From a bacterium (lineage in GTDB: Bacteria > UBP7 > UBA6624 > JBBIMK01): a stretch of DNA of 32,000 bases. Position 1 is the first letter of the stretch. Each line of letters opens with the position of its first letter. Both the position numbers and the translations under genes were made by a program. Positions 7,370 to 16,337 of the stretch are shown here, in pieces. The stretch is from positions 1 through 32,000 of the forward strand of contig JBBIMK010000009.1 of NCBI GenBank assembly GCA_037444445.1, read 5' to 3'. Below the pieces are notes generated by a model, which was not told the DNA's origin, did not search any database, and saw only the letters and a list, made by a program, of their open reading frames with translations.

Positions 7370-8401
7370 ATGGAAGTGCTGACGGAACGTCAGAAAAGGA
7401 TTTTAACCACGATAGTAGAGAATTATTTTGTTCATGCGAAGCCCGTGGCTTCTACCCCGCTGGCAGAATCCGGGGCTTTTCCTTACAGTTCCCCCACGAT
7501 TCGCAACGATATGCTGAAACTGGAGAAAATGGGATATCTCGTGAAACTCCACGCATCCAGCGGGCGAATCCCTTCGGAAAAAGCCTACCGGCTGTATGTG
7601 GAGAACCTGTTGCTATTCCCCCCCAGAGTTGTTTTTCCAGGCGTTCAGCGGCTGGCTCGGAAGTGGAAAAAAGTGGAGTCGGAACTGAGAACATTCCTGA
7701 CGGAAGCATTGAACACCCTTGCTCAGGAGGCTTCAGCGGTTGCCTTTGCCTCTCTTCCTCTTCTGGACTCGGAAGAAATCCAATTCCTGCGGATTACACC
7801 CTTTGAGAGCACCCAGATTTTAGTGTCGCTGAGAGGCGCTTCTGGATGGCAAGAAACTCGCCTGCTATATCTCCCCGAATCGGTTCAGGAGTTCCGCTGG
7901 GAAGAGATTTCTTCGGAACTGACGGATTGGCTGAAAGGACGTCGGATTTCTACGATTACTCCCTCTTTCCTGAATCGGATGTTTTCAAATGTGAAAGAGA
8001 AAGTTCTTCTGAAGGCGGTGTTATCGTCTTTTTTCTACAGCCTTCAAAGTTCCGAGCGTTTCTACCACGAGGGGCTCTGGTATCTTCCTGCCCAGCCGGA
8101 GTTTCAAGCCTCACCGGAGAAGGTGGCAAAACTGCTACGGCTGTTGGAGGAGCCAGGGGACCTGATAGATATTCTGGTGGGGATGGAAGAAAAAATCGGT
8201 GTGGTGTGGGAAAGCGCCCTTCGTTCCATAGGCCTGGAGGGGTGCGTGATTGTCAGCCAGATTTATTCTCCAGGCGGTCTTCGGGGGTTCGTGGGCGTTG
8301 CCGGTCCCATCCGGCTGAATTATCCCCGGGTGCTTCCCCTTTTACAATCCCTTTCCACCACATTGGCTCATCATTTTCACTCCATGCTCATCTCCGAATG
8401 A
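7370..8401 (+). CDS. hrcA: Heat-inducible transcription repressor HrcA
   Basis: MEVLTERQKRILTTIVENYF...KPVAS..L....FPYSSPTIRNDMLKLEKMGYL.KLHASSGRIPSEKAYRLYVENL matches the HrcA winged-helix N-terminus. The track ORF starts at 7265, but the conserved N-terminus begins at M36 (ATG 7370). Confidence 0.85.
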   Translation: MEVLTERQKRILTTIVENYFVHAKPVASTPLAESGAFPYSSPTIRNDMLKLEKMGYLVKLHASSGRIPSEKAYRLYVENLLLFPPRVVFPGVQRLARKWKKVESELRTFLTEALNTLAQEASAVAFASLPLLDSEEIQFLRITPFESTQILVSLRGASGWQETRLLYLPESVQEFRWEEISSELTDWLKGRRISTITPSFLNRMFSNVKEKVLLKAVLSSFFYSLQSSERFYHEGLWYLPAQPEFQASPEKVAKLLRLLEEPGDLIDILVGMEEKIGVVWESALRSIGLEGCVIVSQIYSPGGLRGFVGVAGPIRLNYPRVLPLLQSLSTTLAHHFHSMLISE

Positions 8402-9144
8402 GTGTCCCCAGGGTATTCCTCCCCCATCTTTCCTCGGGGGCAAAAAAAGTAATTCTGCGTAAAGACTCATTTCATCATCTGGTGCATGTCCTGCGCCTTT
8501 CTCCGGGAGATGAATTTACCGTTTATGGCTGGGATGCCGAAGAAGCCCGTGTGGTGGTTCAAGAGGTGGGGAAAGATTATCTAACGGGAGAAATTCTTTC
8601 CCGCTCCCCTTTACCCAGACCCTCCCTCCAGGTTACTGTGCTTCAAGCCCTCCTCAAAGAAAACTCTATGAATACCGTCATCCAGGGGCTTTCCATGCTG
8701 GGCGTCCATCGGCTCATCCCGTTTTATTCTCGCCGAAGCGTCCCTCAACCGGTGCCAGCCCGGGTGGAAAATAAAATGAGACGATGGGGAAAAATCGCCC
8801 TCCACGCCGCTTCTTTATCCCATCTCCCTTCACCGATGGCTATTCACACACCGACCCCGTTTGCGGAAGCCGTGCAGATGATGCCGGAGATTTCCTGTCG
8901 GTGCTTACTTTATGAGGAAAAGAAGCACTCCGGCTTCGTTTCTTTTCTCCAATCCAGCCCCCCCGCCTCAGAAGTCCTATTGATGGTGGGACCGGAGGGA
9001 GGATTTGAGAAAGGCGAAGTGGAAACCGCACAACAAAACGGCTGGCTACCCCTGTGGCTGGGGCAGCGCATCCTTGCCTCCTCCTTTGCCGGTATCATTG
9101 CGGTGGCGATTCTGCAGGCCTGCTGGGGTGACCTGGGGAAATGA
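8398..9144 (+). CDS. rsmE: 16S rRNA (uracil1498-N3)-methyltransferase RsmE
   Basis: The C-terminal 248 aa of track ORF 7846-9144: MSVPRVFL..., HHLVHVLRL..GDEF, and LLMVGPEGGFEKGEVE near the C-terminus (SPOUT/RsmE signature). ATG 8398 overlaps the hrcA stop in ATGA. The upstream 184 aa of the track ORF is an out-of-frame read through hrcA. Confidence 0.85.
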   Translation: MSVPRVFLPHLSSGAKKVILRKDSFHHLVHVLRLSPGDEFTVYGWDAEEARVVVQEVGKDYLTGEILSRSPLPRPSLQVTVLQALLKENSMNTVIQGLSMLGVHRLIPFYSRRSVPQPVPARVENKMRRWGKIALHAASLSHLPSPMAIHTPTPFAEAVQMMPEISCRCLLYEEKKHSGFVSFLQSSPPASEVLLMVGPEGGFEKGEVETAQQNGWLPLWLGQRILASSFAGIIAVAILQACWGDLGK

Positions 9145-10502
9145 TGAATGATGAATCCCCCGATAAAAATCGTGGAAATCCCGCCACAGGGCGCGATACG
9201 ATGAGGAAAACCTTTTATATTTTTACCCTCGGGTGCAAAGTGAATCAGGCAGAAAGTGAGGGCATGCGGGCTATGCTCCAGCAGAATGGATACAGACCTG
9301 TGGAGAAGGCAGAAGACGCCGAGACGGTGATTGTTCACACCTGTGCGGTGACGCTGGAGAGCGAGAAGAAATCCAAAAAGTATATTCGCCATTTTCGTCG
9401 TTTTCCCCACCATCCGCAAGTGATAGCCACGGGATGCTACGCCACATTGAAGCCATCCGAGGCGGCGGGAGTCGGCGCCTCGGCAGTGATTCCCAACTCC
9501 CGACGCTCTCATTTCCTAAAATTCATCGCCCCACAAAGGCCTGCACCACCCCCGGCTGTAAACGAAGGCTATCCGTCTCCCCGAACCGGCTTTTTTGATG
9601 ACCTGCCCCAGCCGCCTCCTGCTCAACGGACCCGCGCCTTTGTGAAGATTCAGGATGGTTGTTCTCACGGCTGTTCGTATTGCATCATTCCTGCCCTCCG
9701 AGGGCGGGAGCGCAGTCTACCCCCTGAACGGGTCTTGAAAATCCTGGATGAAATGGAAGAGCAGGAAATTCCGGAAGTCGTCCTCACAGGCATTCATCTG
9801 GCGGTTTATGGCAGGGATTTGACCCCGAAATTTTCTCTGGCGAAATTGCTTCAAGCCATTACCCGTCGCTCTTATTCTTTCCGCGTTCGCCTCTCTTCTC
9901 TGGAGCCCCAGGATGTTCGGGATGACCTGATACAGGCCGTAAGCGATGGCGCTCCAAACATCTGCCCCCACTTTCACCTGCCTCTCCAATCCGGAAGTGA
10001 TAAAATTTTGAAACTGATGAGGCGAGGTTACACTTTTACGCAGTTCACCAGGCTGGTGGAACATCTCCGTCGGGCGATTCCAGATGTGGGCATCAGCACA
10101 GACCTCATCGTGGGGTTTCCCGGAGAGGAGGAGGAAGATTTTTCTGCCACCCTCTCTGCTATGAAACTCCTTCAATTTGTTCGGGTTCATATCTTTCCGT
10201 TCTCTGTTCGTCCGGGCACGCCAGCCTCTCTCCTGCCGCAAATCCCTGAAAAAACGAAGTGGGAACGCCAGCAGGAACTCCTGCGATTAGACCGGTGGCT
10301 CCGTAGAAAACTTTCTTGTCAGCAAATCGGAGTCTCGTATGAAGTCATCCCGGAACAGCCATCTGACGAGTTTCCCGGCTTCTTCCAGGGATATACGCAA
10401 AATTATCTTCCCGCCCTCATCTCGGGAGTATCCCCTGGGACCCGGGTGCGCGGGAAAGTGGTTGACATTCGGGATATTTTCCTTCTGGTGAATCCCGTTT
10501 AG
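9141..10502 (+). CDS. mtaB: tRNA threonylcarbamoyladenosine methylthiotransferase MtaB (radical SAM, MiaB family)
   Basis: FYIFTLGCKVNQAESE (UPF0004 domain), radical-SAM cluster motif CSHGCSYCIIP, and a C-terminal TRAM-like region. ATG 9141 overlaps the rsmE stop (ATGA). The conserved N-terminus fits ATG 9201 (MRKTFYIF...) better. Confidence 0.85.
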   Translation: MMNDESPDKNRGNPATGRDTMRKTFYIFTLGCKVNQAESEGMRAMLQQNGYRPVEKAEDAETVIVHTCAVTLESEKKSKKYIRHFRRFPHHPQVIATGCYATLKPSEAAGVGASAVIPNSRRSHFLKFIAPQRPAPPPAVNEGYPSPRTGFFDDLPQPPPAQRTRAFVKIQDGCSHGCSYCIIPALRGRERSLPPERVLKILDEMEEQEIPEVVLTGIHLAVYGRDLTPKFSLAKLLQAITRRSYSFRVRLSSLEPQDVRDDLIQAVSDGAPNICPHFHLPLQSGSDKILKLMRRGYTFTQFTRLVEHLRRAIPDVGISTDLIVGFPGEEEEDFSATLSAMKLLQFVRVHIFPFSVRPGTPASLLPQIPEKTKWERQQELLRLDRWLRRKLSCQQIGVSYEVIPEQPSDEFPGFFQGYTQNYLPALISGVSPGTRVRGKVVDIRDIFLLVNPV

Positions 10503-10516
10503 AAAAGGAGGATGGG

Positions 10517-10867
10517 ATGAAAAAAGAAGATTGTATCTTTTGCCGAATCGTGACCGGTGAAATTCCCGCTGACATCGTGTTTCGCACCGAGAGAGCCCTT
10601 GCTTTCCGTGACATCAATCCTCAGGCCCCTCTCCATTTCGTCGTCATCCCGAAAGACCATGTGGAAACAGTGAGCCAGTTGAGCAATGAGTTTATGCTTG
10701 CCCTGGGAGACATCTTTCGTCTAACAGGAATCCTGGCGGGTTCTTTCGGTGTAGACCAGAAGGGGTTTCGCATCGTGTTCAATGAAGGCCCTGACGCAGG
10801 GCGGACCGTCCCTCACGCTCACTTTCACTTTTTAGCGGGCAGACCCCTTCACTGGCCCCCCGGATAA
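10517..10867 (+). CDS. HIT-family (histidine triad) nucleotide hydrolase/transferase
   Basis: 116 aa. CIFCRI N-terminus, INPQAPLHFVVIPK, and the histidine triad HAHFHFLAG. Confidence 0.88.
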   Translation: MKKEDCIFCRIVTGEIPADIVFRTERALAFRDINPQAPLHFVVIPKDHVETVSQLSNEFMLALGDIFRLTGILAGSFGVDQKGFRIVFNEGPDAGRTVPHAHFHFLAGRPLHWPPG

Positions 10868-10947
10868 AACAGGGAAATGGAGTGTAAGGAATGGAAATTC
10901 GTAGCAGAGTGCTCGTATTTCATGCGAAGAGGTGAGAACACCAAATT

Positions 10948-11895
10948 ATGCCCTACTCGGAGATGAAAATTCGGTTCAAGGACAATGAGGAAGCGGTGGA
11001 ACTTCTGGGCGCTGGCGATGAAAACATCCGCTGGTGGGAGGAAGTCTTTGATGTTCGCTTCCGCCTGAAAGGAGATGAACTGATGATTTCCGGAGAGAAA
11101 ACGGATGTTCAAAAAGTGGGCGAAGCCCTCAAGCGCGCCCTGAAAGATGTTCAGACCGTCCCTTACGAGAACCGGCGGGCTTATTTACTTCGTGCCTTCC
11201 AGTCCCCGCCAGAGGGCAAAGTCCTCAGTATCACAGCCAGCGGAAAGCCCATCAAACCCTTGAGCGAGGGGCAAAGAATCTATGTGGAGCAAATCCTCAC
11301 CAGCGATATTACCCTCTGCATCGGACCGGCGGGCACCGGCAAAACCTTCCTCGCTGTAGCCTGCGGCGTGAACTTCCTGAAGGAAGGAAGGGTGGAACGA
11401 ATCATCCTTACCCGCCCTGCTGTGGAAGCAGGAGAATCCCTCGGCTTCCTCCCCGGAGATATGATTCAAAAAATCAATCCCTACCTCCGCCCGCTGTATG
11501 ATGCCCTCTTTGTTGTCCTCGGCTTAGAGAAAACCCGTCGGCTGATTGAGAAAGAAGTGATAGAAATCGCTCCACTGGCGTTCATGCGTGGCCGCACCCT
11601 CCGCAATGCTTTCATCATCTTAGATGAAGCCCAGAATGTGCGAAAAATCCAGATGAAAATGTTCCTCACCCGACTGGGAGAAGATTCCCGCGCCGTCGTC
11701 ACGGGCGACATCACCCAGATTGACCTTCCCACTTCCGAAGATTCCGGCTTGATTCAGGTCATAGAAATTCTGAAAGGTATTCAGGGCATTTCCATCGTCC
11801 GCTTAACTCATAAAGATGTCATTCGGCATCCTATCGTTACACGCATCATTCAGGCTTATGAGGAGACTTCAAAAAGTGTCCGACCCTCCCAGTAA
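10948..11895 (+). CDS. phoH: PhoH-family ATPase (YbeZ-like)
   Basis: 315 aa. Walker A GPAGTGKTFLAV, Walker B FIILDEAQN and VVTGDITQIDLP are diagnostic PhoH motifs. Confidence 0.9.
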   Translation: MPYSEMKIRFKDNEEAVELLGAGDENIRWWEEVFDVRFRLKGDELMISGEKTDVQKVGEALKRALKDVQTVPYENRRAYLLRAFQSPPEGKVLSITASGKPIKPLSEGQRIYVEQILTSDITLCIGPAGTGKTFLAVACGVNFLKEGRVERIILTRPAVEAGESLGFLPGDMIQKINPYLRPLYDALFVVLGLEKTRRLIEKEVIEIAPLAFMRGRTLRNAFIILDEAQNVRKIQMKMFLTRLGEDSRAVVTGDITQIDLPTSEDSGLIQVIEILKGIQGISIVRLTHKDVIRHPIVTRIIQAYEETSKSVRPSQ

Positions 11896-13522
11896 GCGCC
11901 TCTTCAAAATCCTTCGCTTCCTTTTTTATCCGTTATTTCTCGTCCTGCTTTCACTTTTCCTGAATCTCTTTTTCCTTCGCTGGACCACCCTGCCTGTAAA
12001 GGAAGGGGCTATTGCACCCCGCACCATCACGGCGCCTCGGACTCTCACCTTGATGCTTCCAGAACCTTCTCCCGGAGGTGTTTCCGAAGGAGCGTCAGTT
12101 CGCATTCTCACCCTCTCTCCCGGTGACCTCATCGTCCAGAAGGGAGAACTCGTTTCCTCCCCTCTTTACCATGCCCTCCGCGCCCAAAACCTCGTTCCCC
12201 CGGATTTCTCCCCCCTCTCCCTCTTCTCTATTTTTCTCTATTTCGCTTTCCTCTTCGGGGTTCTCTTTTTCTTTTTCTCCTCTACCCTCAAAAAAGAGTG
12301 GAAGTTTTCTTTACACCGCTTGTTCCTATTTGCCCTGTATGCCTTCACCCTTACTTCCCTTTTCTTTCTCGCAGTGCTACGGGAGAAAACTGGCTGGGAT
12401 TGGGTGCCACTCCCGGCAGGCATTGCCGTTCTTCTTTTACACCATACCCTGGGCATCGCTTCGGTTCCCTTTTTCCTTCTCTCCATCCCTCTTCTATTCC
12501 CGGGGACCATTCTGGGATACGAAGTCGTCACTTTTCCCGTGCTTCTGGCTGGCCTTGCTTCCTCTGCCTCGCTGACCACTGTGAAACAACATCAAAAATC
12601 TATCTTTGCCGGCGTATTCTCTCTCACCCTCCTTTTGAGTCGGATTCTATCCGGCGAAACTCTTCATCCAGCCCCCCAGGAAGGCCTCACACTCGGGCTG
12701 ATGTTTCTGGGAATCTACGGGATTGGGTCTGGATTGCTCCGCGTCCTGCCGGGTGCCTTTGGATTTACCAGCCGGGAGAGGCTGTTGGAACTCTTGAACC
12801 CGGATTCCCCGTTGTTAAAAGAGTTGGCCGCCAGAGCCCCTGGAACTTATGCCCATTCCGAGCAGATGGCCTTGCTGGCAGAGCAGGCGGCGGTGGCCCT
12901 GGGTGCTGACCCGCTGGTCACCCGCATCGGTGCCCTCTACCATGACATCGGCAAAATGAAGCACCCGAAATTTTTCATTGAAAATCAATCCGCGGGAAAA
13001 AATCCCCATGATGATTTGCCCGCCACTATGAGCGCTCGCATCGTAATGTCGCATGTGAAAGAGGGGGAGGAACTTGCCCGTGCTCATCGCCTCCCCCCGG
13101 AAATCATTTCTTTCATCCGCACCCACCATGGCACATCCCGAGTGAGTTTTTTCTACCAGAGGGCGGTAGAGGATGCGGGTGAATCTTTCCTTACCCCGCC
13201 TCCACCGGCTGAATTCCGCTATCCCGGCCCCCTCCCCAGAACCCGGGAGGAAACCCTCATCATGCTCGTAGATTCTATGGAAGCCATCCTCCGCACTCAG
13301 CCTCATTCTTCCACCGACTCCATCCGCCAGACCCTCTGGAATATCACCTATCAAAAGATGAGAGACCATCAACTGGATGAATCGGTCCTCTCTCTGTCCG
13401 AATTATCACGAGCCATTGAAAAAATGCTGGAGTTCATCTCAGGAGGTGCTCACAAACGCGTTGAATACCCGCAACCGGAAGTATCTCATCCGGATCCGGG
13501 GGCCACGAATTCCCGGATTTAA
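11876..13522 (+). CDS. pgpH: 7TM membrane protein with cytoplasmic HD/HDIG phosphohydrolase domain (PgpH/YqfF family)
   Basis: Multiple TM helices followed by HSEQMALLAE...YHDIGKMKHP...HHGTS (HD-GYP-less HDIG domain). The start is uncertain: GTG 11876 has GAGGAG 10 nt upstream; alternatives are ATG 11858 and ATG 11816 (track). Confidence 0.8.
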   Translation: MSDPPSKRLFKILRFLFYPLFLVLLSLFLNLFFLRWTTLPVKEGAIAPRTITAPRTLTLMLPEPSPGGVSEGASVRILTLSPGDLIVQKGELVSSPLYHALRAQNLVPPDFSPLSLFSIFLYFAFLFGVLFFFFSSTLKKEWKFSLHRLFLFALYAFTLTSLFFLAVLREKTGWDWVPLPAGIAVLLLHHTLGIASVPFFLLSIPLLFPGTILGYEVVTFPVLLAGLASSASLTTVKQHQKSIFAGVFSLTLLLSRILSGETLHPAPQEGLTLGLMFLGIYGIGSGLLRVLPGAFGFTSRERLLELLNPDSPLLKELAARAPGTYAHSEQMALLAEQAAVALGADPLVTRIGALYHDIGKMKHPKFFIENQSAGKNPHDDLPATMSARIVMSHVKEGEELARAHRLPPEIISFIRTHHGTSRVSFFYQRAVEDAGESFLTPPPPAEFRYPGPLPRTREETLIMLVDSMEAILRTQPHSSTDSIRQTLWNITYQKMRDHQLDESVLSLSELSRAIEKMLEFISGGAHKRVEYPQPEVSHPDPGATNSRI

Positions 13523-13946
13523 ATCCCTCTTTCATCGGGCTATGGAACTCCTCCACATCCCCGCACCCTCTGAAATTAGCCTCCTGTTCACAGATGACCG
13601 GGAAATCCGAATATATAATCAGCGCTATCTTCATCGTTCTTACTCTACCGATGTTCTTTCTTTCCCACTCTGGGAAAAGGCTGGTGAATGGATGTGCATC
13701 GGAGATATTGCGATTTCTCTGGAGTCAGCAAGAAGAGATGCGAAATTACTCCGCTCTCCCTTCCGGGTTCACCTTCTAACACTGGCGATTCACGGGCTAT
13801 TGCACCTCTTAGGCTATGAGGATTCCACTCCATCTCTGCGTCAGAAAATGCTTCGCCAGCAGACCCGTTTGGTGAACCGGATTCTGCGTGAACTGGAAGC
13901 CGGCAGGAATGCAAGGGCGAAAAGCCAGATGGAAGAGGATGTATAG
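13461..13946 (+). CDS. ybeY: Endoribonuclease YbeY (16S rRNA 3'-end maturation)
   Basis: TDVLSFPL and the zinc motif HGLLHLLGYED, with a length typical of the family. The start is uncertain: TTG 13461 (AGGAGG at 13441-13446) gives about 161 aa; track ATG 13377 overlaps pgpH by 146 nt; ATG 13542 would truncate the conserved N-terminal strand. Confidence 0.85.
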   Translation: MNTRNRKYLIRIRGPRIPGFKSLFHRAMELLHIPAPSEISLLFTDDREIRIYNQRYLHRSYSTDVLSFPLWEKAGEWMCIGDIAISLESARRDAKLLRSPFRVHLLTLAIHGLLHLLGYEDSTPSLRQKMLRQQTRLVNRILRELEAGRNARAKSQMEEDV

Positions 13947-14003
13947 CACGATGCCCGCTCAATTCTTTCATTCTTCCACTCCTCCATTCTCTATCGTCCG
14001 GCT

Positions 14004-15302
14004 ATGAGCCTTCTGACTTCTCTCCTGTTCCTGCTCTTCACGGCCGGGACGGCAGCCATGGAAGCGGCGGTATTCTCCACAGACCGGGGGCTACTGCGAA
14101 GGCTGGAAACTCAGGGACATACTCGCGCCAGGCTCCTCCTCCACCTCCTTTCTTCTCCGGAACGCCTCGCCGCTTGTCTCCTCATCACCCTGAATGTTTG
14201 CGTCATCTTCTTTACCTACACCGCCACCCTCTTTTTCATCCATCTTTCCAGGGTTTATCCTCACTGGAAGCAGGGGATTCTTGTCGGTGGTGCTTCCCTC
14301 ACCATCCTTCTCGCTCTTCTGTTGGGCGAAGTCATTCCAAAAGCGTGGGCTGTGCATCATACCCCCGCTTTCTCCCTTCGTGTGGCACCCTTACTGAACC
14401 TTCTCCAGCGGGTCCTGGCTCTGCCCGTCTCCTTCATTCTGTGGTTTCTACAAAAGCCCCGGCTGGCTATGGGCAAGGCGGCGGAAACGGCTGTCTTTGA
14501 ATCCCGCCTGCGCACTCTCGTGGATTTGGCACAGCGCTCGGGAGCCCTGGAAGAGGAGGAGCGGAAGATGATTGAAGGTGTATTTGAATTTGGCGACCGA
14601 ATCGTAAAAGATGTCATGATTCCCAGAATTGACACCGTAGCACTGGATGTGGATACCCTGCTGAAAGAGGCTATCCAGACCATCGTGACCACGGGCCATT
14701 CCCGCATCCCCGTCTACCAGGAAAGCATTGACCGCATCCTCGGCATTCTGTATGCCAAGGACCTGCTGTCCAGGAATTTCTCCCCACACGAGGTGGCCAC
14801 TCTCCCCATTTTTGGGCTTGTCAAGCCTGTTCTGTTCATCCCTGAAACCATGCCTGTCTCGGAGGCATTTGCGAAACTCCGACGGCAGAGAATTCACCTG
14901 ACTGTGGTAGTAGATGAATACGGTGGCACAGCGGGAATCGTCACCATTGAAGACCTCCTCGAAGAGATTGTGGGGGAAATTCAGGATGAGTTCGACCGGG
15001 CGGAAGCCCCACCCATTGAATTCCTCACCCCGAATAAATCCCATGCCATCGCACTGGGCCGTCTCACCATTGATGAACTCAATCAAGAAATGAACCTGAA
15101 CCTTCCCGTGGATAAAGACTACGACACCCTGGCAGGGTTCCTGTTCCACGAAATGGGACGCATCCCCAAAAAAGGGGAATCCTTTCACTATTCATTCGTG
15201 GAATTTCAGATTCTGGAAGTCAGGGGAAACCAGATTCAAAAGGTGAAAATCCTGCGCTCACCCGCTTCTAAAACCCCTGAACCTTCCTCTCACATCTTAT
15301 GA
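14004..15302 (+). CDS. CNNM/CorC-family transporter (DUF21 TM domain + CBS pair + CorC_HlyC domain; TlyC/hemolysin family)
   Basis: 432 aa. N-terminal 4-TM DUF21 segment (AMEAAVFS...GEVIPKA). The CBS pair region includes VKDVMIPR and TVVVDEYGGTAGIVTIEDLLEEIVGEIQDEFD. The C-terminal transporter-associated domain includes FEFQILEVRGNQIQKVKI. Confidence 0.85.
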   Translation: MSLLTSLLFLLFTAGTAAMEAAVFSTDRGLLRRLETQGHTRARLLLHLLSSPERLAACLLITLNVCVIFFTYTATLFFIHLSRVYPHWKQGILVGGASLTILLALLLGEVIPKAWAVHHTPAFSLRVAPLLNLLQRVLALPVSFILWFLQKPRLAMGKAAETAVFESRLRTLVDLAQRSGALEEEERKMIEGVFEFGDRIVKDVMIPRIDTVALDVDTLLKEAIQTIVTTGHSRIPVYQESIDRILGILYAKDLLSRNFSPHEVATLPIFGLVKPVLFIPETMPVSEAFAKLRRQRIHLTVVVDEYGGTAGIVTIEDLLEEIVGEIQDEFDRAEAPPIEFLTPNKSHAIALGRLTIDELNQEMNLNLPVDKDYDTLAGFLFHEMGRIPKKGESFHYSFVEFQILEVRGNQIQKVKILRSPASKTPEPSSHIL

Positions 15303-16282
15303 CCATCGGGCTCTGGATTCTTCCTCTTTCCATTCTTTTCGCTTGCCTCCTGTTTTCCTTCCTGTTTAACCTCGCTGAAATGTCCTTTTTGAATATAGAC
15401 CGGGTAAGACTGCGGAAAGAAGTGATGGACCGCATCCCTTCCGCCCTGGCAATCCATCGTTTAACCTCCAACCCCCTATCCCTTTTCGGCACCTTACTGC
15501 TGGGAATTACCGCCTTCCTTCAAATCAGCAGTATCCTCTTCACCTATCTTTTTTATCCTCTCGTTTCTCACATACCCTACCTGATGGATATTCTGGTTCT
15601 ACTGTACACCCTCATTGTTATCCTGTTCATTGAGGCTTTTCCACAGATTCTGGCGTTGCGGGAGCCCTATCACTTTGCCCGGCGCACACTGCCTTTTGTT
15701 CGCCTTTTTCAGGTTCTTGCTTATCCTGTGGTCTGGCTCCTCACGCTGATACCGCGAACCCTGATGGGAGACACATCCGCCCGAAGTTTTCTGACCATTC
15801 CACCCCCTTCCCGAAAGAGGCTGTTTGAATCCCTTTTAGAGGGTCCGCCTTCGGAAGAAGCCACGGTCATCTACCGTGTTTTACGGGCGGCTGAAACCCC
15901 CGCCACCGCTGTGATGACCCCCCGGAAGAGCATCGTGTTTGTAAAATCCAGCGACCCTTTGGAAATAGTTTTCAAAACCTTTCAGGACACCCAATTCTCC
16001 CGCCTCCCCGTCTGCACCAAATCCCTGGACGATGCCACCCGATTCCTCCATGTGAAAGACCTCCTCCAGAAGCTGGAAACCCCTACCGAGGACTGGCTGT
16101 CCCTCACCCGCACCCTCCCCTCCTTCCCCGAATCCACCTCCCTCTACGACCTGTTGAAACGGATGCGTGGACAGGCTTACATCGTCCTCCTTCGTAACCC
16201 CAAAAACCAGGTCTCAGGCCTCCTCACTATGGAAGACATCCTGGAATACCTGAAAGGCGAAATAGAAGACGAATACGACTGA
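15299..16282 (+). CDS. Second CNNM/DUF21 + CBS-pair membrane protein lacking the CorC_HlyC C-terminal domain
   Basis: 327 aa. DUF21-like N-terminus (FNLAEMSFLNIDRVRL, EAFPQILA), CBS-like region, and an ending of LTMEDILEYLKGEIEDEYD exactly where the paralog continues. ATGA overlap with the upstream gene. Confidence 0.7.
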   Translation: MTIGLWILPLSILFACLLFSFLFNLAEMSFLNIDRVRLRKEVMDRIPSALAIHRLTSNPLSLFGTLLLGITAFLQISSILFTYLFYPLVSHIPYLMDILVLLYTLIVILFIEAFPQILALREPYHFARRTLPFVRLFQVLAYPVVWLLTLIPRTLMGDTSARSFLTIPPPSRKRLFESLLEGPPSEEATVIYRVLRAAETPATAVMTPRKSIVFVKSSDPLEIVFKTFQDTQFSRLPVCTKSLDDATRFLHVKDLLQKLETPTEDWLSLTRTLPSFPESTSLYDLLKRMRGQAYIVLLRNPKNQVSGLLTMEDILEYLKGEIEDEYD

Positions 16283-16337
16283 ATTTTTCTCCGATATGGC
16301 GGAGTCTTCTGTTTATTTGTGGTAATCTATAAATGAA

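Noticed and set aside
7846-8397. N-terminal 184 aa of track ORF 7846-9144
   Set aside because: It is out of frame and lies entirely within hrcA. RsmE homology begins at MSVPRVF (ATG 8398), which overlaps the hrcA stop.
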